The notes: a model not told the origin generated them from the sequence alone. Counted from the first letter of the stretch, positions 10,299 to 20,881 are shown. The stretch: DNA of 50,476 nucleotides from Verrucomicrobiales bacterium (GCA_046075565.1 JBJTQJ010000085.1:1-50476); one strand, 5' to 3'. Made by a program: numbers and translations.

Positions 10299-10560
10299 AA
10301 AGCGCCGCCGATGTCGGCGCACTCCAACACGAGGGCTCGTCATGCGCGTCTCTCTCAAGTCTCCCCGCAGCTCCCCGAAGGTTGGTCCCGACTCCACTGG
10401 GCCGCCGCGTCACCCCTCAAGAGCTGGGAAGAATCCCAGCAGTCCAAGAGCCTGCGGCGCCACGGCAAGCCAACCCCGAGAGCCACGCTCTCCCTTTTCC
10501 ATGGAACCGCAGGTCATCCGCCGGAGGCTCTGGACTGCGGTGGTTGCTCCACCGCTCTGG
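10299..10560. repeat. Three GGA(G/C)TGC-hairpin REP-like units
   Basis: Minus strand TTGGAGTGCGCCGACATCGGCGGCGCTTT (~10299-10327). Minus strand GGACTGCTGGGATTCTTCCCAGCTCTT (~10419-10445). Plus strand GGACTGCGGTGGTTGCTCCACCGCTCT (~10532-10558). Confidence 0.6.
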
Positions 10561-10785
10561 GGAAAGAGTCCATATCGCCCTTACGCGCCGACCAACCGGA
10601 CGAGCCTTCCACGAGGCCGCTCTGTCTAATACAGTGAGTTTGGCACCAAGCACTCAATAGCCGATGCGGCGCTGTGTTTCAGCAGACCAACTTCCCAGTA
10701 GCATTGTTCCGGTATCTACCGGTTATGGACGCTGAAAGGGAGGCCCAATCATTGGTTCGCCCCTTTGGGGCTAGCCTGCCGTTCC

Positions 10786-12348
10786 TCAACGGTCTTTCAG
10801 CACGACCTTGGCGGTGTTCCGGCCGCTGGCACCGAAGACGCCACCGCCGGGGTGGGTGCTTGCTCCGGTGAGGTAGAGGCCTTTGACGGGCGTGCGGTAA
10901 GTGGAAAGTTCGGGTAATGGACGGAAGCAGAACATCTGGTCGAGACTCATTTCAACATGCATGACATTCCCGCGCCGGAGGGCGAGTTTGCGTTCGATCT
11001 CGAGCGGCGTCTGGATGTAGCGACCGATCATCTTGCCCCGCATGTTGGGGGCATGGCGGCAGACAACCTCCCATATCTTGTCGGCCTCGCGTTCGGCAAT
11101 TTCATCCCAGTTCTCGCGGGCGAGTTCGTAGGGATGGTATTGGGCCCAGGCGAAGAGCACGTGTTTGCCGGGCGGGGCGAGGGTGGAATCGATGGAGGAG
11201 AAGGTCATGGCCAGCACGGCCGGGTCGCGCGGCGCTTCCTTCGCGAGGAAATCACGCCACGAGGCTTCGAGATAGTTCACGGAAGGACAGAGCAACTGCA
11301 TGCCGTGGTGGCAATCTCCGATGCCATTCGCATCGACCGGGTGGCCTTCGTAGCGGGGCAATTCTTCAACAGCGTGGCGCACAATCATGCCGAAGCCATT
11401 GCCGGTGTGAATGCGGGAGACCCGGCGTTTCAGCTCAGGGGGCACCAGCGAGGGGTCGAGGAGATCGAGGAAGGTGGTTTGCACGTGGCAAGCGGCCACG
11501 ATTTGTTTCGCACGGAAGCTTCCTCGCGAACATTCAATGGTGAATGGTCCGGTCTCGCCATCGCGGGAAATTTTTTCCACGGAGGCGTCGAGTTCGATTT
11601 CTCCCCCGAGGGAAACCAAGCAACGAGCAAGGGCCTGGGTGAGCGAACCCGAGCCTCCTTTCGCGCGCCATGCGCCGATGCGGTGGATCATGGCATTCCA
11701 TCCTAACAAATCGCCGCTCGCCAATTCCATGGGGGCCGGTCCGCTCTGGGCAGCCAGCCAGGCCATGGCCGCGCGCATTTGCGGACTGGCGAAGGTGTCG
11801 TCGATCAGACGTCCGTAGGGCATCATCAGCTCGCGGGTGGTATCCATTGAACTCCACAGTTTGCGCGAGGCGGGCCGGAAAAGGTTCCGCTTCACGATGG
11901 TGCCGACGAGATTCCCTCCGCTCGGTGGTTTCTGGAATACCTCGAAGATTCCTTCGTTCAACTCGCCCCACTTGGTTACAAAAAGTCGATAGGCGGCGGC
12001 ATCTTCCGGCGACACCGCGGCGATGCTGGCGCAGGTTTTTTCCACATCACGATAGAAACAAATGCCGGGACCGCCGGGCACGGGAAAGTAAGCCCATGGA
12101 TCGGCTTCGATGTATTCGAGCCCGTAGGCGCCGAGATCGAGTTCATCATAAATGGGAGTAGCCCGGAACATGATGTGCAGTGAGGAACCGACATCGAAGC
12201 GAAAGCCGGGAATGATTTCCTCGGTGCAGACCGCGCCGCCGATGATGGGTCGGCGTTCGAGCACACGCACGCGGCGGCCTGCTTTGGCCAGATAGCAAGC
12301 GCAGACCAAGCCATTGTGACCGCCGCCGATGATGATGATGTCGTCCAT
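10786..12348 (-). CDS. crtO: Phytoene desaturase-family FAD oxidoreductase, CrtO-type beta-carotene ketolase-like
   Basis: Rossmann motif IIIGGGHNGLVCA; GGAVCTEE; WLAAQSGP; GNVMHVEMSLDQM; LYLTGASTHPGGGVFGASG. These resemble CrtO as I recall it. Start placed at MDDIII. Confidence 0.6.
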   Translation of the reverse strand: MDDIIIIGGGHNGLVCACYLAKAGRRVRVLERRPIIGGAVCTEEIIPGFRFDVGSSLHIMFRATPIYDELDLGAYGLEYIEADPWAYFPVPGGPGICFYRDVEKTCASIAAVSPEDAAAYRLFVTKWGELNEGIFEVFQKPPSGGNLVGTIVKRNLFRPASRKLWSSMDTTRELMMPYGRLIDDTFASPQMRAAMAWLAAQSGPAPMELASGDLLGWNAMIHRIGAWRAKGGSGSLTQALARCLVSLGGEIELDASVEKISRDGETGPFTIECSRGSFRAKQIVAACHVQTTFLDLLDPSLVPPELKRRVSRIHTGNGFGMIVRHAVEELPRYEGHPVDANGIGDCHHGMQLLCPSVNYLEASWRDFLAKEAPRDPAVLAMTFSSIDSTLAPPGKHVLFAWAQYHPYELARENWDEIAEREADKIWEVVCRHAPNMRGKMIGRYIQTPLEIERKLALRRGNVMHVEMSLDQMFCFRPLPELSTYRTPVKGLYLTGASTHPGGGVFGASGRNTAKVVLKDR

Positions 12349-12367
12349 GGATTGCAAGCGGCGCACA

Positions 12368-12973
12368 TTACGCGCCCGGCGGGTTGTCGGGTGGCGATGG
12401 GCGCGAATGTTCGCTCGCCATGAGCTGGCGCAGGAATTCCCTCAGATAAATCATGCCGGAGATAAAGGTGAAAATTCCCGCCAGCGCGGTCGGCACGATG
12501 GGGTGGGGGAGTCGCAGCCCGAGCATGACCCAACCGATGGCGCAGAATTGGAAAAAGGTGGCCACTTTGCCCGTCCAATGCGGGCGGACCACGACATCGC
12601 CGGACACATGATTGATTAGAAACGCGCCCGCGACGAGGAGCAAGTCGCGGCCGACGACGAGGATGGGGAACCAGAGCGGGAAATGCCATTCCCAGGGCGT
12701 GAAGCTGAGCGTCAGGATGCTGGCGAGGATGAGCCCTTTGTCGGCGATGGGGTCGAGCAGCGTGCCGAGACGGCTGCGCTGGTTGAATCGCCGGGCGATG
12801 TAGCCATCAATGCCATCGCTGCCGGCAGCCACCGCGAAGATGATGACGGCGGCCCATCGCCACGCGGGTTCCGCCTGTCCATCGTGGATGCTCTGGGCAT
12901 AATACACCGCGCAGCCCACATACACCGGAATCAACAGGATGCGGGCGATGGTGATTTGATTGGCGAGGGTCAT
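12368..12973 (-). CDS. pgsA: CDP-alcohol phosphatidyltransferase (PgsA-like)
   Basis: NQITIARI and signature DGIDGYIARRFNQRSRLGTLLDPIADK. Confidence 0.85.
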   Translation of the reverse strand: MTLANQITIARILLIPVYVGCAVYYAQSIHDGQAEPAWRWAAVIIFAVAAGSDGIDGYIARRFNQRSRLGTLLDPIADKGLILASILTLSFTPWEWHFPLWFPILVVGRDLLLVAGAFLINHVSGDVVVRPHWTGKVATFFQFCAIGWVMLGLRLPHPIVPTALAGIFTFISGMIYLREFLRQLMASEHSRPSPPDNPPGA

Positions 12974-13014
12974 GCGGGCACCCGGAAATGGTTGCCGGGC
13001 GTTTCGTATCAACT

Positions 13015-13491
13015 ATGACAGTAAATCCCGCACTTGGCCAGTCCGCACCTGATTTTACCGCTCCCGTGGTGGGAGGAAGCTATTCCGCCGATTCGACCGT
13101 GACCCTTTCCGCTCTCCGCGGGCGTCCGGTCGTCCTGTATTTTTACCCGAAGGATGATACCCCGGGCTGCACGACGCAGGCCTGCGCCCTGCGGGATGGC
13201 TGGGATACAATCAAGGAGAAAGCGATGGTCTTCGGCGTGAGCACCGATTCGGTGGCCAGCCATGTGAAGTTCCAGACCAAATACTCCTTGCCCTTCCCGC
13301 TCATCTCCGATGCCGACCGCGCCATTGCCGAAGCCTATGGGGTTTGGGTCGAAAAGAGCATGTATGGGAAAAAATACATGGGCATGGAGCGCAGCACATT
13401 TGTGATAGGCGCCGACGGCAAAATCACCACCGTGCTGGAAAAAGTCGCGCCCGCGAAGCACCTGGAATTGCTAGAGGAAGCACTCGGGTAA
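13015..13491 (+). CDS. bcp: Peroxiredoxin Bcp/PrxQ
   Basis: LYFYPKDDTPGCTTQAC; YGVWVEKSMYGK; ERSTFVI. Confidence 0.93.
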   Translation: MTVNPALGQSAPDFTAPVVGGSYSADSTVTLSALRGRPVVLYFYPKDDTPGCTTQACALRDGWDTIKEKAMVFGVSTDSVASHVKFQTKYSLPFPLISDADRAIAEAYGVWVEKSMYGKKYMGMERSTFVIGADGKITTVLEKVAPAKHLELLEEALG

Positions 13492-13545
13492 AGACTCCGG
13501 TCACTCGTCTCTCGATCCGCGATTGGAGTCGGCCAATCCGCGGCT

Positions 13546-14391
13546 TTACAAAAGGTCGCGCACGAATGCGTCGCGATCGAAAGGCGCGAAGGCTTCGGCG
13601 GTTTCACCGGTGCCGATGAAGACGGGCGGAATGCCGGTTTCCTCGTGGATGCCGACAACCACCCCTCCTTTGCCGGAGCCATCGAGTTTCGTCACGATGA
13701 TACCGGTGAGCGGAGTGGCTTTATGGAATTCCTTCGCTTGCTGGATGGCATTCGAACCGGTGGTGGCATCGACCACGAGCAGGGTGTGGTGGGGTGCGGT
13801 GGGATCGCCTTTGCCGACGGTGCGGCGGATTTTCTCCAATTCGGACATCAGATTGTGCCGGGTGTGGAGTCGTCCAGCCGTATCGACGAGCAGGAATTGG
13901 GAACCCTCGCGGCGGGCGAGATTGCAGGCCTCGTGACAGACGGAGGATGGGTCGGCACCGTGCGGACCTCTGACGACCGGGATGTCGAGGCGGCGTCCCC
14001 AGACTTCGAGTTGTTCGACGGCGGCGGCGCGGAAGGTGTCGGCGGCGGCCATGACCACCGAATGGCCTTGCTTCTTGAGCCGGGTGGCGAGTTTGGCCGT
14101 GCTGGTGGTTTTGCCGCTGCCATTCACGCCGACGACGAGCACAATGGCGGTGCGTCCGTCGGAAAGTGGTTCGAGTCGCGGCGGGCGCTCGGGCAATCGT
14201 TCGCCGATGATCCGGCGCGCGTTCTCGAGCACCGATTCGATGTCCTTGCCGCCTTCATTTTTCAGTTGTTCGATCAACTGACCGCTGAATCGGATGCCGA
14301 GGTCGCCGCGCACGAGCATGGCTTCAAAGTCATCCCAGTCGATTTCTGGCTGGCGCTGGAAGGCCTGCAGGATGCGGGAGAAAAGACGCAT
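13546..14391 (-). CDS. ftsY: SRP receptor FtsY (short, NG domain only)
   Basis: GVNGSGKTT; DTFRAAAVEQL; DTAGRLH; TKLDGSGKGG. Confidence 0.95.
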   Translation of the reverse strand: MRLFSRILQAFQRQPEIDWDDFEAMLVRGDLGIRFSGQLIEQLKNEGGKDIESVLENARRIIGERLPERPPRLEPLSDGRTAIVLVVGVNGSGKTTSTAKLATRLKKQGHSVVMAAADTFRAAAVEQLEVWGRRLDIPVVRGPHGADPSSVCHEACNLARREGSQFLLVDTAGRLHTRHNLMSELEKIRRTVGKGDPTAPHHTLLVVDATTGSNAIQQAKEFHKATPLTGIIVTKLDGSGKGGVVVGIHEETGIPPVFIGTGETAEAFAPFDRDAFVRDLL

Positions 14392-14419
14392 GGGGGAAGA
14401 AACAAAATGGGACGAAGCT

Positions 14420-14836
14420 TCAGCGGGCGCGGGCCTCGCGATCGCGGCGGATGCGATCGAGCACACCATTGATGAAGCGGCCGGATTCGTTGCCGCCGAA
14501 TCGTTTGGCGATTTCGATGGCTTCGTTGATGGTCACGGCGGCGGGGATCTCCTGCAGATTGAGCATTTCGAAGACGGCGATGCGCAGGATGTTGCGCTCG
14601 ACCGCGGAGACGCGTTCGATATCGAAATTGTCGAGGGCGGGCGCGATGAGCAGATCGAGTTTCTCCTGCTGTGCGCCCACACCGGCGATGAGTTCTTCCG
14701 CGAACGCGCGCACGGACGGACTCGTCCGCCGCAGGACCCAGAATGCCTCGGTATCACGATCATCGAACCGGGTATTCAGGTCGTGGGAGAAAAGAAATTG
14801 CAGGGCGGCTTCGCGGCCTTCGCGTCGTTTACCCAT
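14420..14836 (-). CDS. nusB: Transcription antitermination factor NusB
   Basis: RREGREAALQFLF; VERNILRIA; INEAIEIAKRFG; FINGVLD. Confidence 0.95.
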   Translation of the reverse strand: MGKRREGREAALQFLFSHDLNTRFDDRDTEAFWVLRRTSPSVRAFAEELIAGVGAQQEKLDLLIAPALDNFDIERVSAVERNILRIAVFEMLNLQEIPAAVTINEAIEIAKRFGGNESGRFINGVLDRIRRDREARAR

Positions 14837-15344
14837 CGGAATTGGATTTGGAAGTTTTGGACTGCCGCGCCTTGCGGAGTTTTTCGACGGTGGAGAAGAT
14901 GGTGGCGGCGGCACGGGCCGCTTCGCGTCCGCGGTTGAGGCGCTCGCCCATGGTGCGCTCCTTGGCCTGCTCCTTGTCATTGACGAGCAAGACTTCGTTG
15001 ATGATGGGCACCAGGTGCTTCACGGAAATTTGGTGGAGCATCTGGGTGACGCTGTTGGCGACGATGTCGCCATGCGGGGTCTCCCCGCGGATGATCACAC
15101 CCAGCACGATGATGGCGTCCGGCGGGGCATGGCGGGCGAGGTATTCCACCGCAAAGGGGATTTCGAAGGCCCCCGGCACGTAGTGCAAATCGACAACGGA
15201 GTCGGGGTGCAGGTGCATGAATTCCGAGAGCGTGTGCTCCACCAGCGCGTCGGTAAAGGCGGAATTAAAGCGCGAGGCGACGATGGCGACGCGGCTCTTT
15301 TTCCCCATGACACGGGGTTTGGGTGGCAGTTGATAATCCGACAT
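14829..15344 (-). CDS. ribH: 6,7-dimethyl-8-ribityllumazine synthase
   Basis: IVASRFN; VPGAFEIP; LGVIIRGETPH. Confidence 0.95.
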   Translation of the reverse strand: MSDYQLPPKPRVMGKKSRVAIVASRFNSAFTDALVEHTLSEFMHLHPDSVVDLHYVPGAFEIPFAVEYLARHAPPDAIIVLGVIIRGETPHGDIVANSVTQMLHQISVKHLVPIINEVLLVNDKEQAKERTMGERLNRGREAARAAATIFSTVEKLRKARQSKTSKSNSDG

Positions 15345-15382
15345 GGAACCCACAATTTGGCCGCGCCAGGCCTTGGGGGCAA

Positions 15383-16606
15383 CTACAGAAAGTGCCCGAG
15401 TTTCGTTTTCTTTGTCTCAAGATAGCGTTCGTTTTCCGGATTGGCCGGCTGCACGATGGGCACTTGCTCGACAATGCGGAGCCGGTGGCCGTCGAGGCCG
15501 ACCACTTTGCGCGGGTTGTTGGTCATGAGGCGGATTTCCCGGACACCGAGGTCGTGGAGGATTTGGGCTCCGGTCCCGTAGTCGCGGAGGTCGGCGGCGA
15601 ATCCGAGTTTGGCATTTGCCTCCACGGTATCGAGACCAGCTTCCTGGAGCTTGTAGGCGCGAATTTTCGCGGGCAGGCCGATACCCCGTCCCTCCTGGCG
15701 CATGTAGAGCAGGACGCCCCGCCCTTCGGCGGAAATCCGTTCCAAAGCCGCGTGGAGCTGGCCCCCGCAATCGCAGCGGCGGGACATGAAAACATCGCCA
15801 GTCAGGCACTCGCTGTGCACGCGCACGAGAACCGGTTTGCCGTCGGCGATGTCCCCCTTCACGAGAGCCAGATGGTTGTTGCCATCCAGCAGCGACCGAT
15901 AGAGGTGGAGTTCGAATTCCCCGAAATCCGTTGGCATGCGGACCACCTCGACTTTTTCGACGAGTTTTTCCCGTTCGCGGCGGTAGGCGATCAACTCGGC
16001 GATGGTCAAGGTGGGCAGGTCGTGGGCCCGGGCGAAGGCCGCCAGTTCTTCACCACGGGCCATGGTTCCGTCCTCATTGAGGATTTCGCAAATCACCCCG
16101 GCGGGGGCCATTCCCGCCATACGTGCGAGATCGACGGCCGCCTCGGTGTGACCGGCGCGGCGCAGGACTCCGCCGTCTACGGCTTGCAGCGGGTGGATGT
16201 GGCCGGGTTGCACGAGGTCGTCCGGTTCGGTGGCGGGGTTGGCCAGCAGGGCGATGGTTCGGGCGCGATCGGCCGTGCTGATGCCGGTGGTGATGCCATT
16301 CGCGGCATCCACCGTGACGGTGAAGGCCGTGCGATGGACCTCGCGATTGACCCGCACCATGGGCGGGATGCCCAGTTCTTTCGCCCGCTCCTGGGGAACA
16401 GGCACACAAATCAATCCCCGGGCATGGCGGAGCATGAAGTTCACCGCGTCCGGGGTGATTTTTTCCGCCGCCATGATCAAATCGCCTTCGTTCTCGCGTT
16501 CGGCATCGTCGGTGACAATGATCATGCGGCCGGCGCGAATGGCGGCCACCGCCTCTTCGACACGTTGGTGGCCGGCTTCACTGGGGCTGTGAGCTTCTTC
16601 GGGCAT
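15383..16606 (-). CDS. ribBA: Bifunctional DHBP synthase / GTP cyclohydrolase II
   Basis: [42 protein letters not shown]. Confidence 0.97.
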   Translation of the reverse strand: MPEEAHSPSEAGHQRVEEAVAAIRAGRMIIVTDDAERENEGDLIMAAEKITPDAVNFMLRHARGLICVPVPQERAKELGIPPMVRVNREVHRTAFTVTVDAANGITTGISTADRARTIALLANPATEPDDLVQPGHIHPLQAVDGGVLRRAGHTEAAVDLARMAGMAPAGVICEILNEDGTMARGEELAAFARAHDLPTLTIAELIAYRREREKLVEKVEVVRMPTDFGEFELHLYRSLLDGNNHLALVKGDIADGKPVLVRVHSECLTGDVFMSRRCDCGGQLHAALERISAEGRGVLLYMRQEGRGIGLPAKIRAYKLQEAGLDTVEANAKLGFAADLRDYGTGAQILHDLGVREIRLMTNNPRKVVGLDGHRLRIVEQVPIVQPANPENERYLETKKTKLGHFL

Positions 16607-16863
16607 AAAATGGAGAACGCGACATTACGACATGGAGGGCCGGAAGGAAACCTAATGTAGCCATTTCGTCGCTGCAATCACAATGGGCCGGACCCCAGAC
16701 CGGCGGGATTCCGATTTCGCGCGATCCAAAGCGATGCTTCGGGGATGAAAGGGCGCGGATCTGGTGCATGATCCGGGAGATCCGGCACGGCCGGCAGGAT
16801 TCAGGGTTCCCGCAGGGGATTCCGGCACGGATCCGGCTTCCGAACGGGGACGCACATTTCATC

Positions 16864-19017
16864 ATGGTAGTTTCGACCGGTCTTCCATTTCCACTTGGCG
16901 CCACCGTGCTCTCCGGAGGCGTCAATTTCGCCGTTTTCGCGGCCAATGCCGGGGCACTGGACCTTTGTTTGTTTGATCCATGCAATCCCCTGCGGGAAAC
17001 CCACCGTGTTCGGTTTCCCAAACGCACGGAAGGGGTCTGGCATGTTTTTGTCGAGGGTCTGCCTCCGGAGACCCCCTACGCACTGCGGGCCCACGGGCCC
17101 TATCAGCTTTCGGACGGGCACCGCTACAATCCGGCGAAATTGCTCCTCGATCCGTATGCGCGGGCTTTCACCTCGGATGTCGTCGGTCATCCGGTCCAGA
17201 ATGTGGAGTCGTCGCACGGAATTCCGGATCGCCGCGACTCGGCGGGTGTGGTTCCCCGGTGCCTGATCGATGGTGCGGAAGCGTTCGATTGGGAGGACGA
17301 CCAACCACCCCGCGTGCCATGGGATGGCACGGTCATCTACGAGGCGCACGTGCGGGGCATGACGATGTTGAATCCGGAAGTGCCGGAGGCGCTACGCGGC
17401 ACCTACGCGGGTCTGGCCAGCGAAGCGACCCTGCGGCATCTCCGTTCCATCGGGGTGACAACCATCCAACTGATGCCGGTGCAACAGCACATTGATGATC
17501 TCTTTCTGATCGAGAAGGGGCTATCGAACTATTGGGGCTACCAGAGCCTCGGCTACTTCGCGCCTCACCAATCGTATGCTGCGAACTCATCACCCGGCGA
17601 GGTCATCCGTGAGTTCAAACAAATGGTCAAGGCCATGCATGCGGCCGGGCTCGAGGTGATCCTCGATGTGGTTTACAATCATACCGGCGAAGGCGGGCAA
17701 GGCGGGGCATCGTTGGTTTTCCGGGGACTCGACAATTTCATCTACTACCGGTTGGCCCGCCATGATCGTGCGCGCTTCCTCGATTTCACCGGCACCGGCA
17801 ACACGATCGACATGCGGCATCCACGCGCACTCCAGCTCGTGCTCGACTCGCTGCGGTATTGGGTCACTGAAATGCATGTCGATGGATTCCGTTTCGATCT
17901 CGCGGCCACTCTCGGGCGCGAATCCGATGACTACGATCCACAGGGTGGATTTTTCCGCGCCGTGCGGCAGGACCCGGTGCTTTCCACGGTCAAACTGATC
18001 GCCGAACCCTGGGATCCGGGTTGGGGTGGATACCAGTTGGGCAATTTCCCCGAGCCATTCGTCGAACTGAATGGCCGGTTTCGCGACGACGTCAGGAGAT
18101 ACTGGAAAGGCGACGAAGGCGCCCTGCCCGATTTCGCCGCGCGCCTCACCGGTTCGGAGGACATTTTTGGCGACGGACGTCGGCGCCCCCAGCGTGGCAT
18201 CAACTTCATCACCTGCCATGATGGGTTCACCCTGCGGGATCTCGTCAGTTACAACGACAAGCACAATCTGGCCAATGGCGAGGACAATCGCGATGGGGAA
18301 AGCCACAACAGTTCATGGAACTGTGGCACCGAAGGGGAGACGACCGATCCCGACATCCTTGCGTTGCGCGCCCGCCAGCAACGTAACCTCGTGGCCACGC
18401 TTTTCCTTTCCCAGGGTGTGCCATTTCTGTTAGGAGGCGACGAGATTTCGCGCACCCAGGGTGGAAATAACAATGCGTATTGCCAGGACAACGAGGTCTC
18501 GTGGTTCGACTGGAATATGAAACCGAAGCGACCGGACTTGCGCTCGTTCATCCGCCGGCTCATCGAACTGCGCGCCCAAGAGCCGGTTTTCCGGAAACGA
18601 CATTTCCTTCATGGGAACTCCTTACACGGCCGTGCCTCCCGTGATGTGCTCTGGCTCACGCCGGAAGGCCGTGCTTTGACCGATGCTGACTGGCATGATC
18701 CGGCACGCAAATCACTCGGTATGTTGCTCACCGGCTCGGCTCGGTCAGCGATGTCCGATTGGCGGCACTCCCGCCACGGTCACACCTTCCTTTTGCTTTT
18801 CCACGCCGGGAGCACGGACTTGAAATTCGTGCTGCCGGGAGAAAAGATCTGCCGCTGGCAACCCGTGCTCGACACCTCAAGGGACGATCCTTTTGCCGTG
18901 GAAACCCAACAACATCTTCAAGGAGGGGTGGTTTCCACCCTTGGCGCGCATTCGCTCCGCGTCTATCGTCTCACGGCGGGCAGCGAACTGCAGGCCCAGT
19001 CCATCCCCGCCCGATAA
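16864..19017 (+). CDS. glgX: Glycogen debranching enzyme (isoamylase, GH13)
   Basis: PFPLGAT; KLLLDPYA; NYWGY; DVVYNHT; DGFRFDLA; IAEPWD; CHDGFTL; GNNNAYCQDN. Confidence 0.96.
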   Translation: MVVSTGLPFPLGATVLSGGVNFAVFAANAGALDLCLFDPCNPLRETHRVRFPKRTEGVWHVFVEGLPPETPYALRAHGPYQLSDGHRYNPAKLLLDPYARAFTSDVVGHPVQNVESSHGIPDRRDSAGVVPRCLIDGAEAFDWEDDQPPRVPWDGTVIYEAHVRGMTMLNPEVPEALRGTYAGLASEATLRHLRSIGVTTIQLMPVQQHIDDLFLIEKGLSNYWGYQSLGYFAPHQSYAANSSPGEVIREFKQMVKAMHAAGLEVILDVVYNHTGEGGQGGASLVFRGLDNFIYYRLARHDRARFLDFTGTGNTIDMRHPRALQLVLDSLRYWVTEMHVDGFRFDLAATLGRESDDYDPQGGFFRAVRQDPVLSTVKLIAEPWDPGWGGYQLGNFPEPFVELNGRFRDDVRRYWKGDEGALPDFAARLTGSEDIFGDGRRRPQRGINFITCHDGFTLRDLVSYNDKHNLANGEDNRDGESHNSSWNCGTEGETTDPDILALRARQQRNLVATLFLSQGVPFLLGGDEISRTQGGNNNAYCQDNEVSWFDWNMKPKRPDLRSFIRRLIELRAQEPVFRKRHFLHGNSLHGRASRDVLWLTPEGRALTDADWHDPARKSLGMLLTGSARSAMSDWRHSRHGHTFLLLFHAGSTDLKFVLPGEKICRWQPVLDTSRDDPFAVETQQHLQGGVVSTLGAHSLRVYRLTAGSELQAQSIPAR

Positions 19018-19036
19018 ATTTTCCCCATTCACCGCC

Positions 19037-20443
19037 ATGCTCCGCAGCACAAAACTCATCGCCACCCTTGGTCCCGCCACCGATTCCCCGGAAATGCTCG
19101 CCGCGCTCATCGGCCGGGGGGTGAATGTCTTTCGCCTCAACATGAGCCATGGCAAACACGATTGGGTGCGACGGGTCACCGCCGATATCCGCGCCGCCGC
19201 GGATGCCAGTCATACCCACTGCGCCATCCTCATGGACTTGCAAGGCCCGTCCATCCGAACCGGCGAACTGCCCGCACCCATCCCGGTCAAAGTCGGCGAT
19301 CGGGTTGAATTCCGCATCGAGACCGCGGAAGCGGGTGCGGAGAAAAGCACGACCGTGAACTACCGCGACCTGCCGAAAGACGTGAGTGTCGGCGATACCG
19401 TGGTCGTGGACAACGGCCTGATGCACCTGCGGGTGGTGGAGAAGGACGACGAGCGGTTGCTTTGTTCGGTTCTCACGGAGGGAACGCTCACCTCGCGACG
19501 CCACATCAACCTTCCGGGCGTGCGCCTTAATCTTCCCGCCATGACGGCGAAGGATCGCGAGGATGCCACCCTCGCCGCCGAACTCCAACTCGATTTCCTC
19601 GCTTTGTCCTTCGTGCGCGACGTCGCCCATGTCGAGGAAGCGCGTGCGTTCCTCGCCGAGCGCAGCCATTCGCCCCGCATCGTGGCGAAGATCGAGGATC
19701 AGGAGGCGGTGAAGAATATCAATGGCATCATCCAGGCCACGGATGTGATCATGGTCGCGCGTGGCGACCTCGGCATCGAGGTGAACATCGAAGAGCTGCC
19801 GATCATCCAGCGGCGCATCGTGAAAAAGTGCCATGTCATGGGCCGGGCCGTCATCGTGGCCACGCACATGCTCGAAAGTATGGTCTCGAATCCGTCGCCG
19901 ACCCGGGCGGAAGTCAGCGACGTCGCCAACGCGGTTTTCGAACAAGCCGATGCCATCATGCTCTCCGGCGAGACCTCGACCGGGCGGTATCCGCTCGAAT
20001 GTGTGGAAACCCTCGACCGCATCGCCTTGCGCATCGAGCGCAGCGGCGGAGCCGGATTCAGCGAGCATGCCATGCTCTCCGATGAAAAACAGCTCACCTG
20101 CAAATCCGCCGTCGTGCTCGCCAACTCGCTGGAAAATGCGGTCATTGTCGTCTTCACCAAACGCGGCATCATGGCCCGGCATCTCGCCCGCCTCCGGCCC
20201 GAGGCGCCCGTCTTTGCCTTCGCCCGCGACGCCAAGGTCTGCCGCTCGCTCTCGCTCGATCGCGGCGTGCACCCCATCCGGTTCGATTTCTCCAACGAAC
20301 CCGAGGAAACCATGAACAACGCCACCACCTACCTCCGCGCCAAAGGACTGGTCCAAGATGGAGATCGTATGGTCGTCGTTTCGGATCTATTCCAGCGCGA
20401 GGGCATTGTCGATTCCATCCTGCTCGCCAGGGTGGGGGCGTGA
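19037..20443 (+). CDS. pyk: Pyruvate kinase
   Basis: TKLIATLGPA; RLNMSHG; DLQGPSIR; MVARGDLG; DAIMLSGET. Confidence 0.97.
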   Translation: MLRSTKLIATLGPATDSPEMLAALIGRGVNVFRLNMSHGKHDWVRRVTADIRAAADASHTHCAILMDLQGPSIRTGELPAPIPVKVGDRVEFRIETAEAGAEKSTTVNYRDLPKDVSVGDTVVVDNGLMHLRVVEKDDERLLCSVLTEGTLTSRRHINLPGVRLNLPAMTAKDREDATLAAELQLDFLALSFVRDVAHVEEARAFLAERSHSPRIVAKIEDQEAVKNINGIIQATDVIMVARGDLGIEVNIEELPIIQRRIVKKCHVMGRAVIVATHMLESMVSNPSPTRAEVSDVANAVFEQADAIMLSGETSTGRYPLECVETLDRIALRIERSGGAGFSEHAMLSDEKQLTCKSAVVLANSLENAVIVVFTKRGIMARHLARLRPEAPVFAFARDAKVCRSLSLDRGVHPIRFDFSNEPEETMNNATTYLRAKGLVQDGDRMVVVSDLFQREGIVDSILLARVGA

Positions 20444-20448
20444 GTTTT
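20419..20448 (+). repeat. Direct repeat, copy 1 (3' end of pyk)
   Basis: CCTGCTCGCCAGGGTGGGGGCGTGAGTTTT, 29/30 identical to 21425-21454. Confidence 0.9.
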
Positions 20449-20629
20449 CCGGCTGGAAACTTTCTTGATGTTGGGGATCCCGGGGGCCTGTTTGAGTTGC
20501 CTGCCGGCAGCCTGAGTTTGTCTGTGGGTTGGGATTTCTGTCGATAGGGGGGTCGGGGTGTCCGGAGCATGGGACAGGGCTATTGGGGAAAGAGATTGAA
20601 TGGTGCGGTATTTCGGGTAGAGTGTGGGC

Positions 20630-20881
20630 ATGACGCAAATCGTTGTTCGTGTTCCGGAAGCCACGCCGGTTGCCTTGGGCATCAACCCGGAAAGGGTTGG
20701 CGACGCCCTGTTGTTGGCGGCTGCCGTGCAATGGTATGAGAGCGGCAAGCTCTCCAGTGGAGCGGCGGCGGAATTGGCTGGTTTGCCGAAACCCGTGTTT
20801 GTGGAGCGGCTGAAGGATTTTGGTGTCCCGGCCTTCCGCCAGTCCGAAGAAGAACTTCGTGAGGAATTTGCAAATGCCTGA
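20630..20881 (+). CDS. UPF0175-family putative antitoxin
   Basis: ~83 aa with AVQWYESGKLSSGAAAELAG...FVERL..FGV. Overlaps the downstream PIN gene. Confidence 0.85.
   Translation: MTQIVVRVPEATPVALGINPERVGDALLLAAAVQWYESGKLSSGAAAELAGLPKPVFVERLKDFGVPAFRQSEEELREEFANA

Noticed and set aside
10109..10660. Several 60-150-aa ORFs in the dsbD-crtO gap
   Set aside because: They run through hairpin repeats and lack protein-like features.
15323..16660. 445-aa ORF antisense to ribBA
   Set aside because: Shadow frame of a GC-rich conserved gene, with no recognisable motifs.
16607..16863. Possible FMN riboswitch upstream of ribBA
   Set aside because: I could not find the conserved AGGGC..GGTGAAATTCCC.ACC core on the minus strand.
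18971..20356. 461-aa ORF antisense to pyk
   Set aside because: Shadow ORF caused by codon bias.
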